A stretch of DNA of 64,000 nucleotides from an uncultured Eubacteriales bacterium (GCA_934476315.1 CAKSNQ010000002.1:4943-68942); one strand, 5' to 3'; numbered from the stretch's first letter, positions 19,873 through 28,944 are shown. Numbers and translations are program-made. Notes: generated by a model not told the origin, from the letters alone.

Positions 19873-19999
19873 GTGTTCTGCCGGAAACCTCCCGGCTCTG
19901 TTCTCTCAGTGTTCTGCCGGAAACCTCCCGGCTCTGTTCTCTCAGTGTTCTGCCGGAAATCTCCCGGCTCTGTTCTCTCAGTGTTCTGCCGGAAAATCC
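19873..19999. repeat. 36-bp tandem repeat, 3.5 copies, intergenic
   Basis: gtgttctgccggaaacctcccggctctgttctctca at 19873, 19909 and 19945 (one substitution), plus a partial fourth copy. Each unit holds a short hairpin, gccgg-N7-ccggc. Confidence 0.9.
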
Positions 20000-20031
20000 T
20001 CTGCAAAGTTTCTTTCGTCTTCAATCCCGGC

Positions 20032-21675
20032 TTACGCTTCCCCCGCGGGCGCGAAACGCGCCATCAGGGACTGCGCCGTCCGGATGCCGTCTACCGCCGC
20101 GCTGGTGATGCCTCCGGCATAGCCCGCGCCCTCGCCGCACGGATAGACCGACGGATGCCCGAGCGCCCTGCCCTCCGCGTCCCGCAGGATGCGGACCGGC
20201 GCCGAGGTTCTCGTCTCCGCCGCCGTCAGCACCGCGTCCGGGCAGGCAAAGCCGTGCAGCTTGCGGTTCAGGGAAGAAAGCCCGTACCGCAGACCCTCAT
20301 TGACATTTTCCGGGAAGGCGCGGGAAATATCCGCAAGGCGCACCCGCCCGCCGCCGTAGGTCGGAAGAATCCGCGACGGCTCATGCCGCACCTCGCCCGC
20401 GAGGAAATCCCCTACGGTCAGCACCGGCGCGCGGTAATCTCCGCCACCCAGCCGGAACGCCTCCCGCTCGATGCGCCGCTGATACGCGATGGCCCCGAGC
20501 GCCGTGCTTCCGTCCACCGGCTCGTAATCCTCACAACCGACCGACACGACAAGCGCGCAGTTGGCGTTCTTCCCGTCCCGCGCGTGGGTGCTCATACCGT
20601 TGACCACCACGCCGCCCTCCTCGGACGCCGCGGCGATCACCTGCCCGCCCGGGCACATGCAAAACGTATAAACGCCGCGTTCCCGCCGCGTGTCCGACAG
20701 CGCGTATTCCGCGTGCCCCAGCGACGGATGCCCGGCAAAGCGCCCATAGAGTGCCCGGTCAATGTCCTCCTGCAACTGTTCGATGCGGACGCCGACCGAC
20801 AGCGGCTTCGGCTCGATGGCGTACTGCCCCTCGATCAGCATGCGGTAGGTGTCCCGCGCGCTGTTTCCGATGGCAAGCACGACGGCGGGGGCGTGAAAGT
20901 CGCCCGCCGTTGTCCGGAGCGTCAGACTGCCGTCCCCGTGCTCCTCCAGCCCGTCCAGGCGGGCGCGGTACAGAACCGTGCCGCCGCACGCGCAGACGCG
21001 CTCCAGCAGGTGATCGACCACCTGCCGCAGAATATCCGTGCCCACATGGGGCTTTGCCTGCGTCAGAATCTCCGTCGGCGCGCCGAAATCATGCAGTCGC
21101 TCCAGCACATAATGGCACCGCCCGTCGCGGATGCGGGTGAGCAGCTTTCCGTCGGAAAACGTCCCTGCGCCGCCTGCACCGAACTGAATATTGCTTTCCG
21201 TGTCCAGCACGCCGCCCCCGGTGAACGCCTCCACCGCCCGCACCCGATCGGCAACGCAATCGCCGCGGTCGATCAGGATGGGCGCGTACCCGTTCTCCGC
21301 CAGAAGCAAGGCGCAGAACATGCCTGCCGGACCCATGCCGACGACGACAGGGCGTCCGCCCATCGGCTCGCTCCCGCGCGGGAGCGAAAGCGGCTCGGTC
21401 TCCATCACCCTGCCGCCGCACGCCGCGAGGCGCTTGGCATCGGGGACGGGAAAGTCGCCCTCCGCCTCGCACAGAACCGAGCACACCAGGCGGATGTCCT
21501 CGGGATGGCGGGCGTCCACCGCGCGCTTATATAAACGGAAATGAAGCGCTGCCGTCGGGATTCCCGCGCGCTTCATTTTTCCCCGCGCGATGGCGAGAAT
21601 CGCCGCCTCCTCCGTATCGGGGGAGACCCGGATGCCCTCCATCAGCAGTTGTATTTGTTGTCCCCGGCTACTCAT
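20032..21675 (-). CDS. FAD-dependent oxidoreductase (uncharacterised FAD-dependent dehydrogenase family)
   Basis: 547 aa; dinucleotide-binding VVVGMGPAGMFCALLLAENG. Confidence 0.75.
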   Translation of the reverse strand: MSSRGQQIQLLMEGIRVSPDTEEAAILAIARGKMKRAGIPTAALHFRLYKRAVDARHPEDIRLVCSVLCEAEGDFPVPDAKRLAACGGRVMETEPLSLPRGSEPMGGRPVVVGMGPAGMFCALLLAENGYAPILIDRGDCVADRVRAVEAFTGGGVLDTESNIQFGAGGAGTFSDGKLLTRIRDGRCHYVLERLHDFGAPTEILTQAKPHVGTDILRQVVDHLLERVCACGGTVLYRARLDGLEEHGDGSLTLRTTAGDFHAPAVVLAIGNSARDTYRMLIEGQYAIEPKPLSVGVRIEQLQEDIDRALYGRFAGHPSLGHAEYALSDTRRERGVYTFCMCPGGQVIAAASEEGGVVVNGMSTHARDGKNANCALVVSVGCEDYEPVDGSTALGAIAYQRRIEREAFRLGGGDYRAPVLTVGDFLAGEVRHEPSRILPTYGGGRVRLADISRAFPENVNEGLRYGLSSLNRKLHGFACPDAVLTAAETRTSAPVRILRDAEGRALGHPSVYPCGEGAGYAGGITSAAVDGIRTAQSLMARFAPAGEA

Positions 21676-21950
21676 TTGTTCTCCGCTTCCCCGCCCGCGT
21701 CGGTGTCGGTGTCCGCCTGGGAATGGTATAATTTGTCCTCCAGCTCCTGCTGGTTCCGCTTCTCCACCATGCGGATGTCGGTGACGACCAGCCAGAAGAC
21801 GAACGCCGCGAGGAGGCAGAACAGCTTGACCCCCCAGTTGGCGTGATGTCCCTTGCTGTGAATTTCCACATGCTCGGTATTTTCCGGTCCGTACACCCGT
21901 TCAAAATTGTAATTTTTCATTTCTGCTTCCATGCCTGCCCCGGCACGCAC
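21672..21950 (-). CDS. small single-TM protein resembling only the N-terminal anchor of CdaR/YbbR
   Basis: 92-aa ORF (likely start MKNYNF at 21920). TM segment NWGVKLFCLLAAFVFWLVV. Sits directly downstream of cdaA. Confidence 0.5.
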   Translation of the reverse strand: MRAGAGMEAEMKNYNFERVYGPENTEHVEIHSKGHHANWGVKLFCLLAAFVFWLVVTDIRMVEKRNQQELEDKLYHSQADTDTDAGGEAENK

Positions 21951-22041
21951 CGCGCCCGAGGGAATCCTTTCTCACAGAATCACGCGCCCGTAAAAGCGGG
22001 AACGCGCACCTCCCGCACACACGCGGGCGTCGCCGGGAATC

Positions 22042-22947
22042 TCACTTCCCGGGCTTCGTTCCTCCGTTTTTCTCAATGGATCGGAGGATTTTCCGGTTGC
22101 CCTCCTCGGTGTTGCCCGTGAGGAGCAGGAACAGGTCGTCCTTGAGCGTACCGGAGTTATACCCGCGCTTGAGGATGCCGTTGTTGGCGATCGAAATGGT
22201 TCCCGTCTCCTCGCTGACCACGATCACGACCGCGTCGCTCTGCTCGCTGATGCCGACCGCCGCGCGGTGACGCGTTCCCAGATCCTTGGGAAGCGACTGG
22301 CTCTTGGAGGACGGAAGAATACAGCCCGCCGCGCACACCTTGCCCGCGCGGATGATGACCGCGCCGTCGTGAAGCGGCGAACGATTGAAGAAGAGGTTAC
22401 CAAGCAGTTCGCACGACATGAGCGCATCCAGCTCGACACCCGTTTTGATATAGTCGCCCAATTTGGTGTTGCGCTCAATCACAATCAGCGCCCCGCACCT
22501 CTCGCGGGACAACTCGCACGCCGCCTCAGACAGCACGCCGATGGTCGCCGTGACCGATGCCACCGAGTGCGCCTGCACCCCGATGTGACGAAGCTGTCGC
22601 AGAGCGCTTCCGATCTTGTCCAGAACGTCGCGCAGCTCCCTTTGGAATATGACGATAATCAGCACCATGAACACCGAGAAGAACGCGTGGAGAATCGTAT
22701 ACATGGCGTGAAGCCGGAAGATCAGCGTCAACAGGTAGAGAATGCCGAACGCGGCGATGCCCATAAACAGATTCAGCGCCCGCCGATCGCGTGCAAAAAC
22801 ATAGATATAGTAAAATCCGACCGCCAAAAACAGAATGTCCAGTATATCGTTCCAGCCGATTCCGAGAATCGGGGAGATCACATAAGTATCAAAGGCGCCT
22901 GCAAACGAACCCCACCATGCGGCTATCATTTCCATGGTTGTACCCAC
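22042..22947 (-). CDS. cdaA: diadenylate cyclase CdaA
   Basis: Three N-terminal TMs plus a DAC domain: GALIVIERNTKLGDY...SPLHDGAVII...GTRHRAAVGISEQSDAVVIVVSEETG. Confidence 0.95.
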   Translation of the reverse strand: MGTTMEMIAAWWGSFAGAFDTYVISPILGIGWNDILDILFLAVGFYYIYVFARDRRALNLFMGIAAFGILYLLTLIFRLHAMYTILHAFFSVFMVLIIVIFQRELRDVLDKIGSALRQLRHIGVQAHSVASVTATIGVLSEAACELSRERCGALIVIERNTKLGDYIKTGVELDALMSCELLGNLFFNRSPLHDGAVIIRAGKVCAAGCILPSSKSQSLPKDLGTRHRAAVGISEQSDAVVIVVSEETGTISIANNGILKRGYNSGTLKDDLFLLLTGNTEEGNRKILRSIEKNGGTKPGK

Positions 22948-23083
22948 CTTTATTTCATCATATATCAGGAATCTATCCGAAGCACCGCGGCGCGGTGCGA
23001 AAGATACTGCAAATATCCGATTTTATTGTATCACATCTTTTCCGGAATTTCAATGGTTTTTCACATTCTCCCGCAATTTTTTG

Positions 23084-23129
23084 CAAAAAAACAACAAAAA
23101 GGGGCTGTTGCACCGATCTGCCACAGCCC
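23084..23129 (-). terminator. intrinsic terminator after the acyl-CoA synthetase gene
   Basis: Minus strand: gggctgt-N14-acagccc followed by a T-rich run (ctttttgttgttttttt). Confidence 0.6.
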
Positions 23130-23154
23130 ATCGGGAATCGCGGAGCCGGGTCGC

Positions 23155-24855
23155 TCACCGGTCAATGCAATTCCGCCTGATTTTATTGGTAGTTGTCTTG
23201 ATAAAGGGATGGTCGCGCACCACCACGCGTGCCACGCGTTTATAGTCGGGAAGCGCGTCGCACGCCGCGGCGATGTCGGTCTTCAGACAGGCGGTCAGCT
23301 CCTCCACACTCTTACCCTCCGAAAAATCCGGCTGGCAGTAGACCGCCGCGCAAAGCGCCGTTTCGTTCCCGTGCTCGTCCTTCTGCGCATACACGACCAC
23401 CTCGGAAATATAGACGATCTGCGCGATGCGCATTTCGATCTCCTCGGGGTAGATGTTCTTGCCGTTGCTGAGGACAATCAGGTTCTTTTTCCGCCCGGTA
23501 ATCAGAAGCTGTCCCTTGTCGTTCATCCTGCCCAAATCGCCGGTGTGGAACCAGCCGTCCGGCTCCAGCACCTGCGCCGTCAGCTCCGGATGCTTGTAAT
23601 AGCCGAGCATCACGACGTCGCCGCGCACGCAGATCTCGCCGTTCCCCTCGTCGTCCGGGTCGTCTATGCGGATTTCACAGCACAGGAGCGGAACGCCGAC
23701 GGTCGCCGGGTCGTTGAAGAAATCCCGATTGGCGCTGACCAGCGGGGAGCACTCGGTGATACCGTAACCGTTGATGAGCAGTATCCCGATGTCGTCGAAA
23801 AACTGCCCGATCTCCGGACGGATCGGCGCACCGCCGCAGATGATTTTGATGAGGTTGCCGCCGAACGCCGCATGTACGGAGGCGAACATCGTCCGCCGCG
23901 CGTCGATTCCCATGCGGCGCAGACGGTTGCTGGTGCGAATGGCGCGCCGGAGCGTCTCCTCCTTGCCCTCTGCGCGGGCGTTCGCCCAGATTTTCTTATA
24001 AAACAGCTCGGCAAAAGCGGGGACAAGATAGATATCGTCCGGACGGAAGCGCACCATGTTTTTGAGCACGTGGCGGAGGTTGTCATTGATGCAGATTGTC
24101 GCGTGCGAATGGAGAGACGCCAGGAGCGCGACCGCTTCATAGGTGTGGTTGTACGGCAGGACGGACAGGAGCGTCCCGTGAACCGCCGAGGTTTGCAGAC
24201 CGTAGTAAACGGCACAGCACAGGTTGCGCTCGGACAGCATGACGCCCTTTGCCATGCCCGTCGTGCCGGAGGTGTAGACCAACAGCGCCAGCGCATCCCG
24301 CGGGCGATCGATCGAGAAGAAGCGGTTCTTCCCCTGCGCGCGGAGGTTGTACCCACACTCCAGGAGGCGAGCAAACGACAGCGTTTTTCCGTCCGCGCTG
24401 TCCTCCGGGGCGTCGATTGCAACCCACGCGCGCACGCCGGGGAGACGGTCGCGCATCTGCTCGATCTGCCCCGCATATTTTTCCGAGAACAGAACCACCG
24501 TGCTGTCGCTGTCGGCGAGCACGTTGCACTTGTCCTCGGGAGGCAGTTCCTTGTCCAGTGGCACGAACACACCCGCACTCTGAAGCACGGTCAGGAAGCT
24601 CAGCACAAACGGGAAGCTGTTCTCGCTGACCACTGCGATATGGGCGCCGTTCCAGCCCCGCTCCGTCATCGCCTCGCCCAGCGCGAGCGTCATATCGCGA
24701 AACTCCCGGTAGGTGACGTCCACCACCTCACCGCCGCGCAGATAGCGGAACGCAAGACGTTCCCCCGTCGCGTCCGCGGCATTCCGTAGCATCTCGCGAA
24801 AGCTCACGAATTTTTCCACCTCATAGGGCGGGTAGTTCTTATTGTAATTCTTCAT
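23155..24855 (-). CDS. long-chain acyl-CoA synthetase (AMP-forming)
   Basis: YTSGTTGMAKGV AMP-binding motif, GYGITE, TGDLG. Start trimmed to MKNYNKNYPPYEV (ATG 24855); the 796-aa track ORF overlaps the upstream gene. Confidence 0.85.
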   Translation of the reverse strand: MKNYNKNYPPYEVEKFVSFREMLRNAADATGERLAFRYLRGGEVVDVTYREFRDMTLALGEAMTERGWNGAHIAVVSENSFPFVLSFLTVLQSAGVFVPLDKELPPEDKCNVLADSDSTVVLFSEKYAGQIEQMRDRLPGVRAWVAIDAPEDSADGKTLSFARLLECGYNLRAQGKNRFFSIDRPRDALALLVYTSGTTGMAKGVMLSERNLCCAVYYGLQTSAVHGTLLSVLPYNHTYEAVALLASLHSHATICINDNLRHVLKNMVRFRPDDIYLVPAFAELFYKKIWANARAEGKEETLRRAIRTSNRLRRMGIDARRTMFASVHAAFGGNLIKIICGGAPIRPEIGQFFDDIGILLINGYGITECSPLVSANRDFFNDPATVGVPLLCCEIRIDDPDDEGNGEICVRGDVVMLGYYKHPELTAQVLEPDGWFHTGDLGRMNDKGQLLITGRKKNLIVLSNGKNIYPEEIEMRIAQIVYISEVVVYAQKDEHGNETALCAAVYCQPDFSEGKSVEELTACLKTDIAAACDALPDYKRVARVVVRDHPFIKTTTNKIRRNCIDR

Positions 24856-25007
24856 AAATAATAAGCCCTGCCTTTCCGATCTCGGAGTCGCCCGGCAAAC
24901 GGTCCCATCGGTCGACTCTGAAAATGCGAAAACGCAGGGAAGGTCACCCGGAAGCCCCGGAGCTGTGTGCTGATATTTTTTGGGGCGACGCCCCGGAATC
25001 GTTTCGA

Positions 25008-25736
25008 TTACAGTTTCGCGCGTCCCGGCGATGTCAACGCGGCGAGCGTGACATCCACCGCTCCGGCGGTCGGCGTCAGCGCCACGGACAGCGCCGGAAC
25101 CGTCCGGATCAGACGCGCCAGAAGCCGCGCGCCACGCGCCATCGAGCGCTCGTCCGTCGGGAATACGACCTGGCGGATCAGCCCGTCCAGATACTGCCGC
25201 TCCCCCGCGACCGATGCGGTATCGGTCGTCCCGCGGGACAGAAGGCAGATCGCACAAAGCGGGGCGCTCATATTGGTCTGCTCGCCCTCCTTGCCGCACC
25301 ATGGCGTGCCGTATATCCAGAACCGACCGTCGGAGCGCAGACGCACCACAGGCTTGTCTCCGTTGATAACGCGCACCTCTCCCCCGAATTTTTCCTGCCA
25401 CAGCCGGAGCTGGGTGGACTTTCCGACCCCGCGCGGCGCGGCGATCGCATACGTCCTGTCGCGGAACATAAACGCGGCGGCATGCATGACAAAGGCGTCG
25501 TAGCGACAAAGCTGCAGGCAGAATTTTTCGTGCAGGCAGATACATTCCGCCTGTTCCTCAGAGAGCGGTGCGGAAAAGGAGGCGCGTTTCGCGTCGATCT
25601 CTGCCTGCGTGACCGCTATGGAAAAGTCCGTCCACGGCGCCTCAGTCAGATAGTCGCGGCAGATTTCGACGGTCAGTGCGAAACGGGAAGTCAGCTCTAC
25701 ATATAAGTCTGCCACTTTGATTTTGAAATGTCGCAT
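25008..25736 (-). CDS. HPr-kinase-related P-loop protein, function unknown
   Basis: 242 aa; AIAAPRGVGKSTQLRLW...INGDKPVVR...IYGTPWCGKEG resembles the HprK C-terminal-like family. Confidence 0.5.
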   Translation of the reverse strand: MRHFKIKVADLYVELTSRFALTVEICRDYLTEAPWTDFSIAVTQAEIDAKRASFSAPLSEEQAECICLHEKFCLQLCRYDAFVMHAAAFMFRDRTYAIAAPRGVGKSTQLRLWQEKFGGEVRVINGDKPVVRLRSDGRFWIYGTPWCGKEGEQTNMSAPLCAICLLSRGTTDTASVAGERQYLDGLIRQVVFPTDERSMARGARLLARLIRTVPALSVALTPTAGAVDVTLAALTSPGRAKL

Positions 25737-25896
25737 AGCGCCGCGCCTCCCTTCTGTCTCCGATCGGAATCCTTACAGTTGCATTTATTGTATCACATCT
25801 TCGCCGGATTTGCAAGTAGGACGCCGAAAATTTCGCACAAGAAAGGTGTGCCGACCGGAAGCAAAAGAAAAACCCGGATTTTTTTTGCGTTGGGTG

Positions 25897-25924
25897 TTGA
25901 CAAATCTTCTTTTTGTGGTATAAT
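25897..25924 (+). promoter_or_regulatory. promoter of tRNA-Leu
   Basis: TTGACA (25897-25902), 16-nt spacer ending in TGg, TATAAT (25919-25924), 31 nt before the tRNA 5' end. Confidence 0.65.
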
Positions 25925-25955
25925 ATACCCGTTGTCACCGCGAGGTGGAGCCTGC

Positions 25956-26040
25956 GCGAGAGTGGCGGAACAGGCAGACGCGCACGTTTGAGGGGCGTGT
26001 GGTTAACACCGTACGGGTTCAAGTCCCGTTTCTCGCACCA
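25956..26040 (+). tRNA. tRNA-Leu (anticodon GAG), class II with long variable arm, CCA encoded
   Basis: Hand fold: acceptor gcgagag/ttctcgc, D-arm gcg-gaacaggcaga-cgc, anticodon stem cacgt/gcgtg with loop ttGAGgg, variable arm tggttaacaccgta, T-arm cggg-ttcaagt-cccg, 3' acca. Confidence 0.85.
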
Positions 26041-26176
26041 ACGCAAAAAGCAAGGAAAAACACCGCATTTCAGGGTTTTTCCTTGCTTTTTCTATGTTTT
26101 TCGGCTCTTTTGATTGCACGCTGGCGCAAAAATTATTCCTTTGAAAAGGGATAAATTATCAGAAAAAATGCGTTTT
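26016..26176. repeat. attL (tRNA 3' end plus 136 bp downstream)
   Basis: 161 bp matching 46271-46431 with 3 substitutions (about 26078, 26141, 26143). Followed by ttcaatacgaaa x2 (26176-26200), candidate arm sites. Confidence 0.85.
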
Positions 26177-26200
26177 CAATACGAAAATTCAATACGAAAT

Positions 26201-27272
26201 TCAATTTGAATCGCCGAACAGATTGCTGTAATATGTGTTGAGAATTTCGGTGAACCGTTCCTTGCTGTTCGCTTTGATATGTCCGTACACCTGGTCGATC
26301 ATGTGCTCTGTTTCGTGCCCTACATAGTCGGCAATGTAATTTTTCGGGATGTTCAAGGAAAGCATCGTCGAAACCGCATAATGCCGCAAATCGTGAAAAC
26401 GGATGTGCCGGAGTTCCGCCCGAGCCAACAACTTTGTGAATCCCGATGTGATCTGATTGGGCGTCAACTCACACACATTGTCGGACGGGTGCTTCCCCTC
26501 CGCTTTGGCTGTCAGGACATTCAGGACCGCAGGAAACGCCGAGATCGTCCGTTTGCTCGCCGTCGTCTTGGTGCCTTTCTTGACGTAACCATCTGTGCCG
26601 AGGACGATCGCGTCGTGAATGTGAATCTTTCCCTTTTTGAGGTCGATGTCTTTCCATTTCAAGCCGCAGATTTCCGATCGCCGCATGCCGCAACATGCCG
26701 CGAGATAAATGGGAAGCTCCAGCGGCGTACCCTCCGCGGCGCTCAACATGCGCTTCACATCGTCGTCGGACGGAATTTCAATGTCAGGCTTCACCTTTTG
26801 CGGCAACGTTGTCTTGACCTGAAATTCCGGACGGTAGACCGCAAGAACCGCCGTCAAAAAGCCGTGATAGTTGCGTACAGATTTCGGACTGTGGTTCAAG
26901 GCTTCTTTGTTGATGGCGATCTGAATGTCCCGCTGGGTGATGTTCTCCAACCGCATGTTGACCAAGGATTGCAGGTTGCGCCGCCGGATGTTCCGATACT
27001 CCCGCAGAGTGCTCGGAGAGAGTACCGAGCTTTTCATCGCGATATATTCATCCATACAGTCGCCGAGACGCTTTCCCCAGGTGCGATCTGCCCGGGATTG
27101 CTCTCGGTTTTTTTTGCATTTCCAGCGCCCAAAGGACAACTTTGTTATAGTCGGGGTCTGTGTAAGATTCCACTTTTCTCTTGCCATTTTCATCTTTTCC
27201 CACGTAAACTTGTATATTGTAGGACCCGGACGGAAGTTGCCGGATCACCGGAAGTTTTCTTTCGCGTGCCAT
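26201..27272 (-). pseudogene. int: tyrosine integrase, reading frame split by one extra A in an A8 run (27108-27115)
   Basis: N-terminal ORF MARERKLPVIRQLPSGSYNIQVYVGKDENGKRK (arm-binding type; GAGGAGG RBS, ATG 27272). C-terminal ORF has GMRRSEICGLKW...HDLRHYAVS...HMIDQVYGH (R-HxxR-Y). Removing one A gives a continuous 356-aa protein. Confidence 0.85.
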
Positions 27273-27328
27273 AGTTCGCCTCCTCTCGATTGGTAAAAGA
27301 TACCCCGGCAAATCGCCGGGGTGTTTTT

Positions 27329-28189
27329 TTATTTTGCGGTAACGGTTCCGGAGCAGTCCGTAACATAAGCATTACCTTCGGATTCTTCTGTGATTACATA
27401 TCGCATGCCATTCATTTCAAACTGCTTAATGTTAAATGTTTCCGAATATGCGCCAGATTGAGGTAATTGGACGGTTTTATAGATATAAATCCATTCATGT
27501 TCACCTGTGATAATATTACGTGCAGAGAAAGCGTAGCATATTTTGACTGACACATCTTGATATATGTATCTGTCATCGGGAAAAATTTGAAGGGATATTT
27601 CACATCCATCTAACCACTGCTTTCTGCCATGTGAATCATATGACATTTCTCCCGCTTTCTGTATGTAATTGTATATACCATTATCATAGCTTTCTGTTGC
27701 AACCCAATAACCATCAGTTGCCATACGATAATACTTGCTATTATGATAGCTGGTATAGTCGACTATTTTATTGCCCGACAAAGTGACTTTCTGGTATTTT
27801 TCGATAAGTTTGTTGCGGTCCTTTGTTAATTGAGCAACATGTTCAGAAAGTGTTTTGTTTGCATTTTCCAATTTTTGAACATTTTGATTTAGCTCAGTTA
27901 CTTTTGAAGTAGCAACGTCAAAATCTTCCGTCTTTTTTTGGAGTCTTTCCTTGTAAGTGTTTACGTCATTGGTCAAAGTGTCATTTTTTTCTTCCAAGGT
28001 TTTGTTGATAGCTTGATACTCACTCTCCGTATTTATATGCTTTTGGATTGTCTCCTGATAATTGTCAATAGCCTCCGCATATGTGTTGTATTGTACAAAG
28101 AAATATGCGGATGTACCGCCGAGCCCGACGATGAGAACCGCAAGAACCACGAGAATAGGGACGATAACCTTAGATTTCATAGAAGTCAC
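27329..28189 (-). CDS. AT-rich membrane-anchored coiled-coil protein, unknown function (lysogeny-side moron)
   Basis: 286 aa: N-terminal TM (VIVPILVVLAVLIVGLGG), a coiled coil of about 110 aa, then a Y/W-rich globular C-terminal domain. Visibly AT-rich compared with all neighbours. Confidence 0.7.
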   Translation of the reverse strand: MTSMKSKVIVPILVVLAVLIVGLGGTSAYFFVQYNTYAEAIDNYQETIQKHINTESEYQAINKTLEEKNDTLTNDVNTYKERLQKKTEDFDVATSKVTELNQNVQKLENANKTLSEHVAQLTKDRNKLIEKYQKVTLSGNKIVDYTSYHNSKYYRMATDGYWVATESYDNGIYNYIQKAGEMSYDSHGRKQWLDGCEISLQIFPDDRYIYQDVSVKICYAFSARNIITGEHEWIYIYKTVQLPQSGAYSETFNIKQFEMNGMRYVITEESEGNAYVTDCSGTVTAK

Positions 28190-28217
28190 TCCTTGATTTT
28201 AATTTTTGAAACGGAGA

Positions 28218-28835
28218 TCAGAATTTTCTCCGAACCTCAACAACTTTTCCGAAGATACGCACCGGAAGTTCCTGTACCTGCGCACTCGTGTAAATCATGG
28301 GACCGTAGTCCGGGTTGAGGGAGATCAGGCGAATACCGTCCGGCATAAACTGAATTTTTTTGCAGGTTGCTTCACTGCCGTTGACGATAACGATTGCGTA
28401 GTCCCCTGTCCTGCACGGGTTTCCGCACTCCACGATAACACGGTCGCCATTTCGGATATCCGGCTCCATACTGTCACCGTGAATTTTCAGGGCAATGTAT
28501 TCGGGCGCCGGGAATTGACGTTTGTCAATGTCCTCCCAGTCGTCCCATTCCTGAATCGCTTCAATCGGAATCCCCGCGGCAACATCGCCGACAACGGGGA
28601 TTCTTTTTGCGTACGACTCTGCCGAGGGTTTGCTTGGTAGCTCATCTGTTTTTCCAAGTAAATAATCCACACTGACGTCAAAATAATCGGCAATTTTTTG
28701 CAATTTTTTCCCTTGCGGAACAGAACCGTTTTTCCATTGCGTGGTGGATGATCTTCCTCCCCCTATTGCTTCAGCTACATTTGAGGGGGTGGTACCATGC
28801 TCTTGACATAAGCGTTTGAATGTTTCCCAAAACAT
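28218..28835 (-). CDS. CI/LexA-type repressor (XRE HTH + S24 peptidase)
   Basis: MFWETFKRLCQEHGTTPSNVAEAIG...QWKNG (HTH), VAAGIP (Ala-Gly cleavage site), GDSMEP (Ser), CKKI (Lys). GGAGGA RBS before ATG 28835. Confidence 0.9.
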   Translation of the reverse strand: MFWETFKRLCQEHGTTPSNVAEAIGGGRSSTTQWKNGSVPQGKKLQKIADYFDVSVDYLLGKTDELPSKPSAESYAKRIPVVGDVAAGIPIEAIQEWDDWEDIDKRQFPAPEYIALKIHGDSMEPDIRNGDRVIVECGNPCRTGDYAIVIVNGSEATCKKIQFMPDGIRLISLNPDYGPMIYTSAQVQELPVRIFGKVVEVRRKF

Positions 28836-28915
28836 TATATTCCTCCAAAATTCATAAATCGGAGCACTCTTGTTTGTTAAATGTGCATGAAAAAGAATTT
28901 TTTTCAAAAATCCTC

Positions 28916-28944
28916 TTGACATGTACGTAATTACGAATTATAAT
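28916..28944 (+). promoter_or_regulatory. early rightward promoter (PR-like)
   Basis: TTGACA (28916-28921), exact 17-nt spacer, TATAAT (28939-28944): full consensus. Confidence 0.8.

Noticed and set aside
19873-19999. CRISPR-like appearance of the 36-bp repeats.
   Set aside because: There are no spacers between copies, only 3.5 copies, and no cas genes nearby.
22267-24789. 840-aa + strand ORF opposite cdaA and the acyl-CoA synthetase gene.
   Set aside because: It spans two genes and their intergenic terminator, has a shadow-ORF composition and no motifs.
24856-25545. N-terminal 230 aa of the 796-aa ORF (23155-25545).
   Set aside because: It overlaps the independent HprK-like gene in another frame and is Arg/Gly-rich. 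The conserved acyl-CoA synthetase sequence begins at MKNYNK (24855).
23017-25815. A near-identical ~30-nt motif, ttattgtatcacatctt..ccgga, at 23017-23052 and 25778-25815.
   Set aside because: Read on the minus strand, both are promoters (TTGAAA/TTGCAA, 17 nt, TACAAT with an upstream TGtGA) in front of cdaA and the HprK-like gene. A similar gtgatataat context recurs at other promoters (34613, 48850), so this is house promoter style rather than a mobile repeat.
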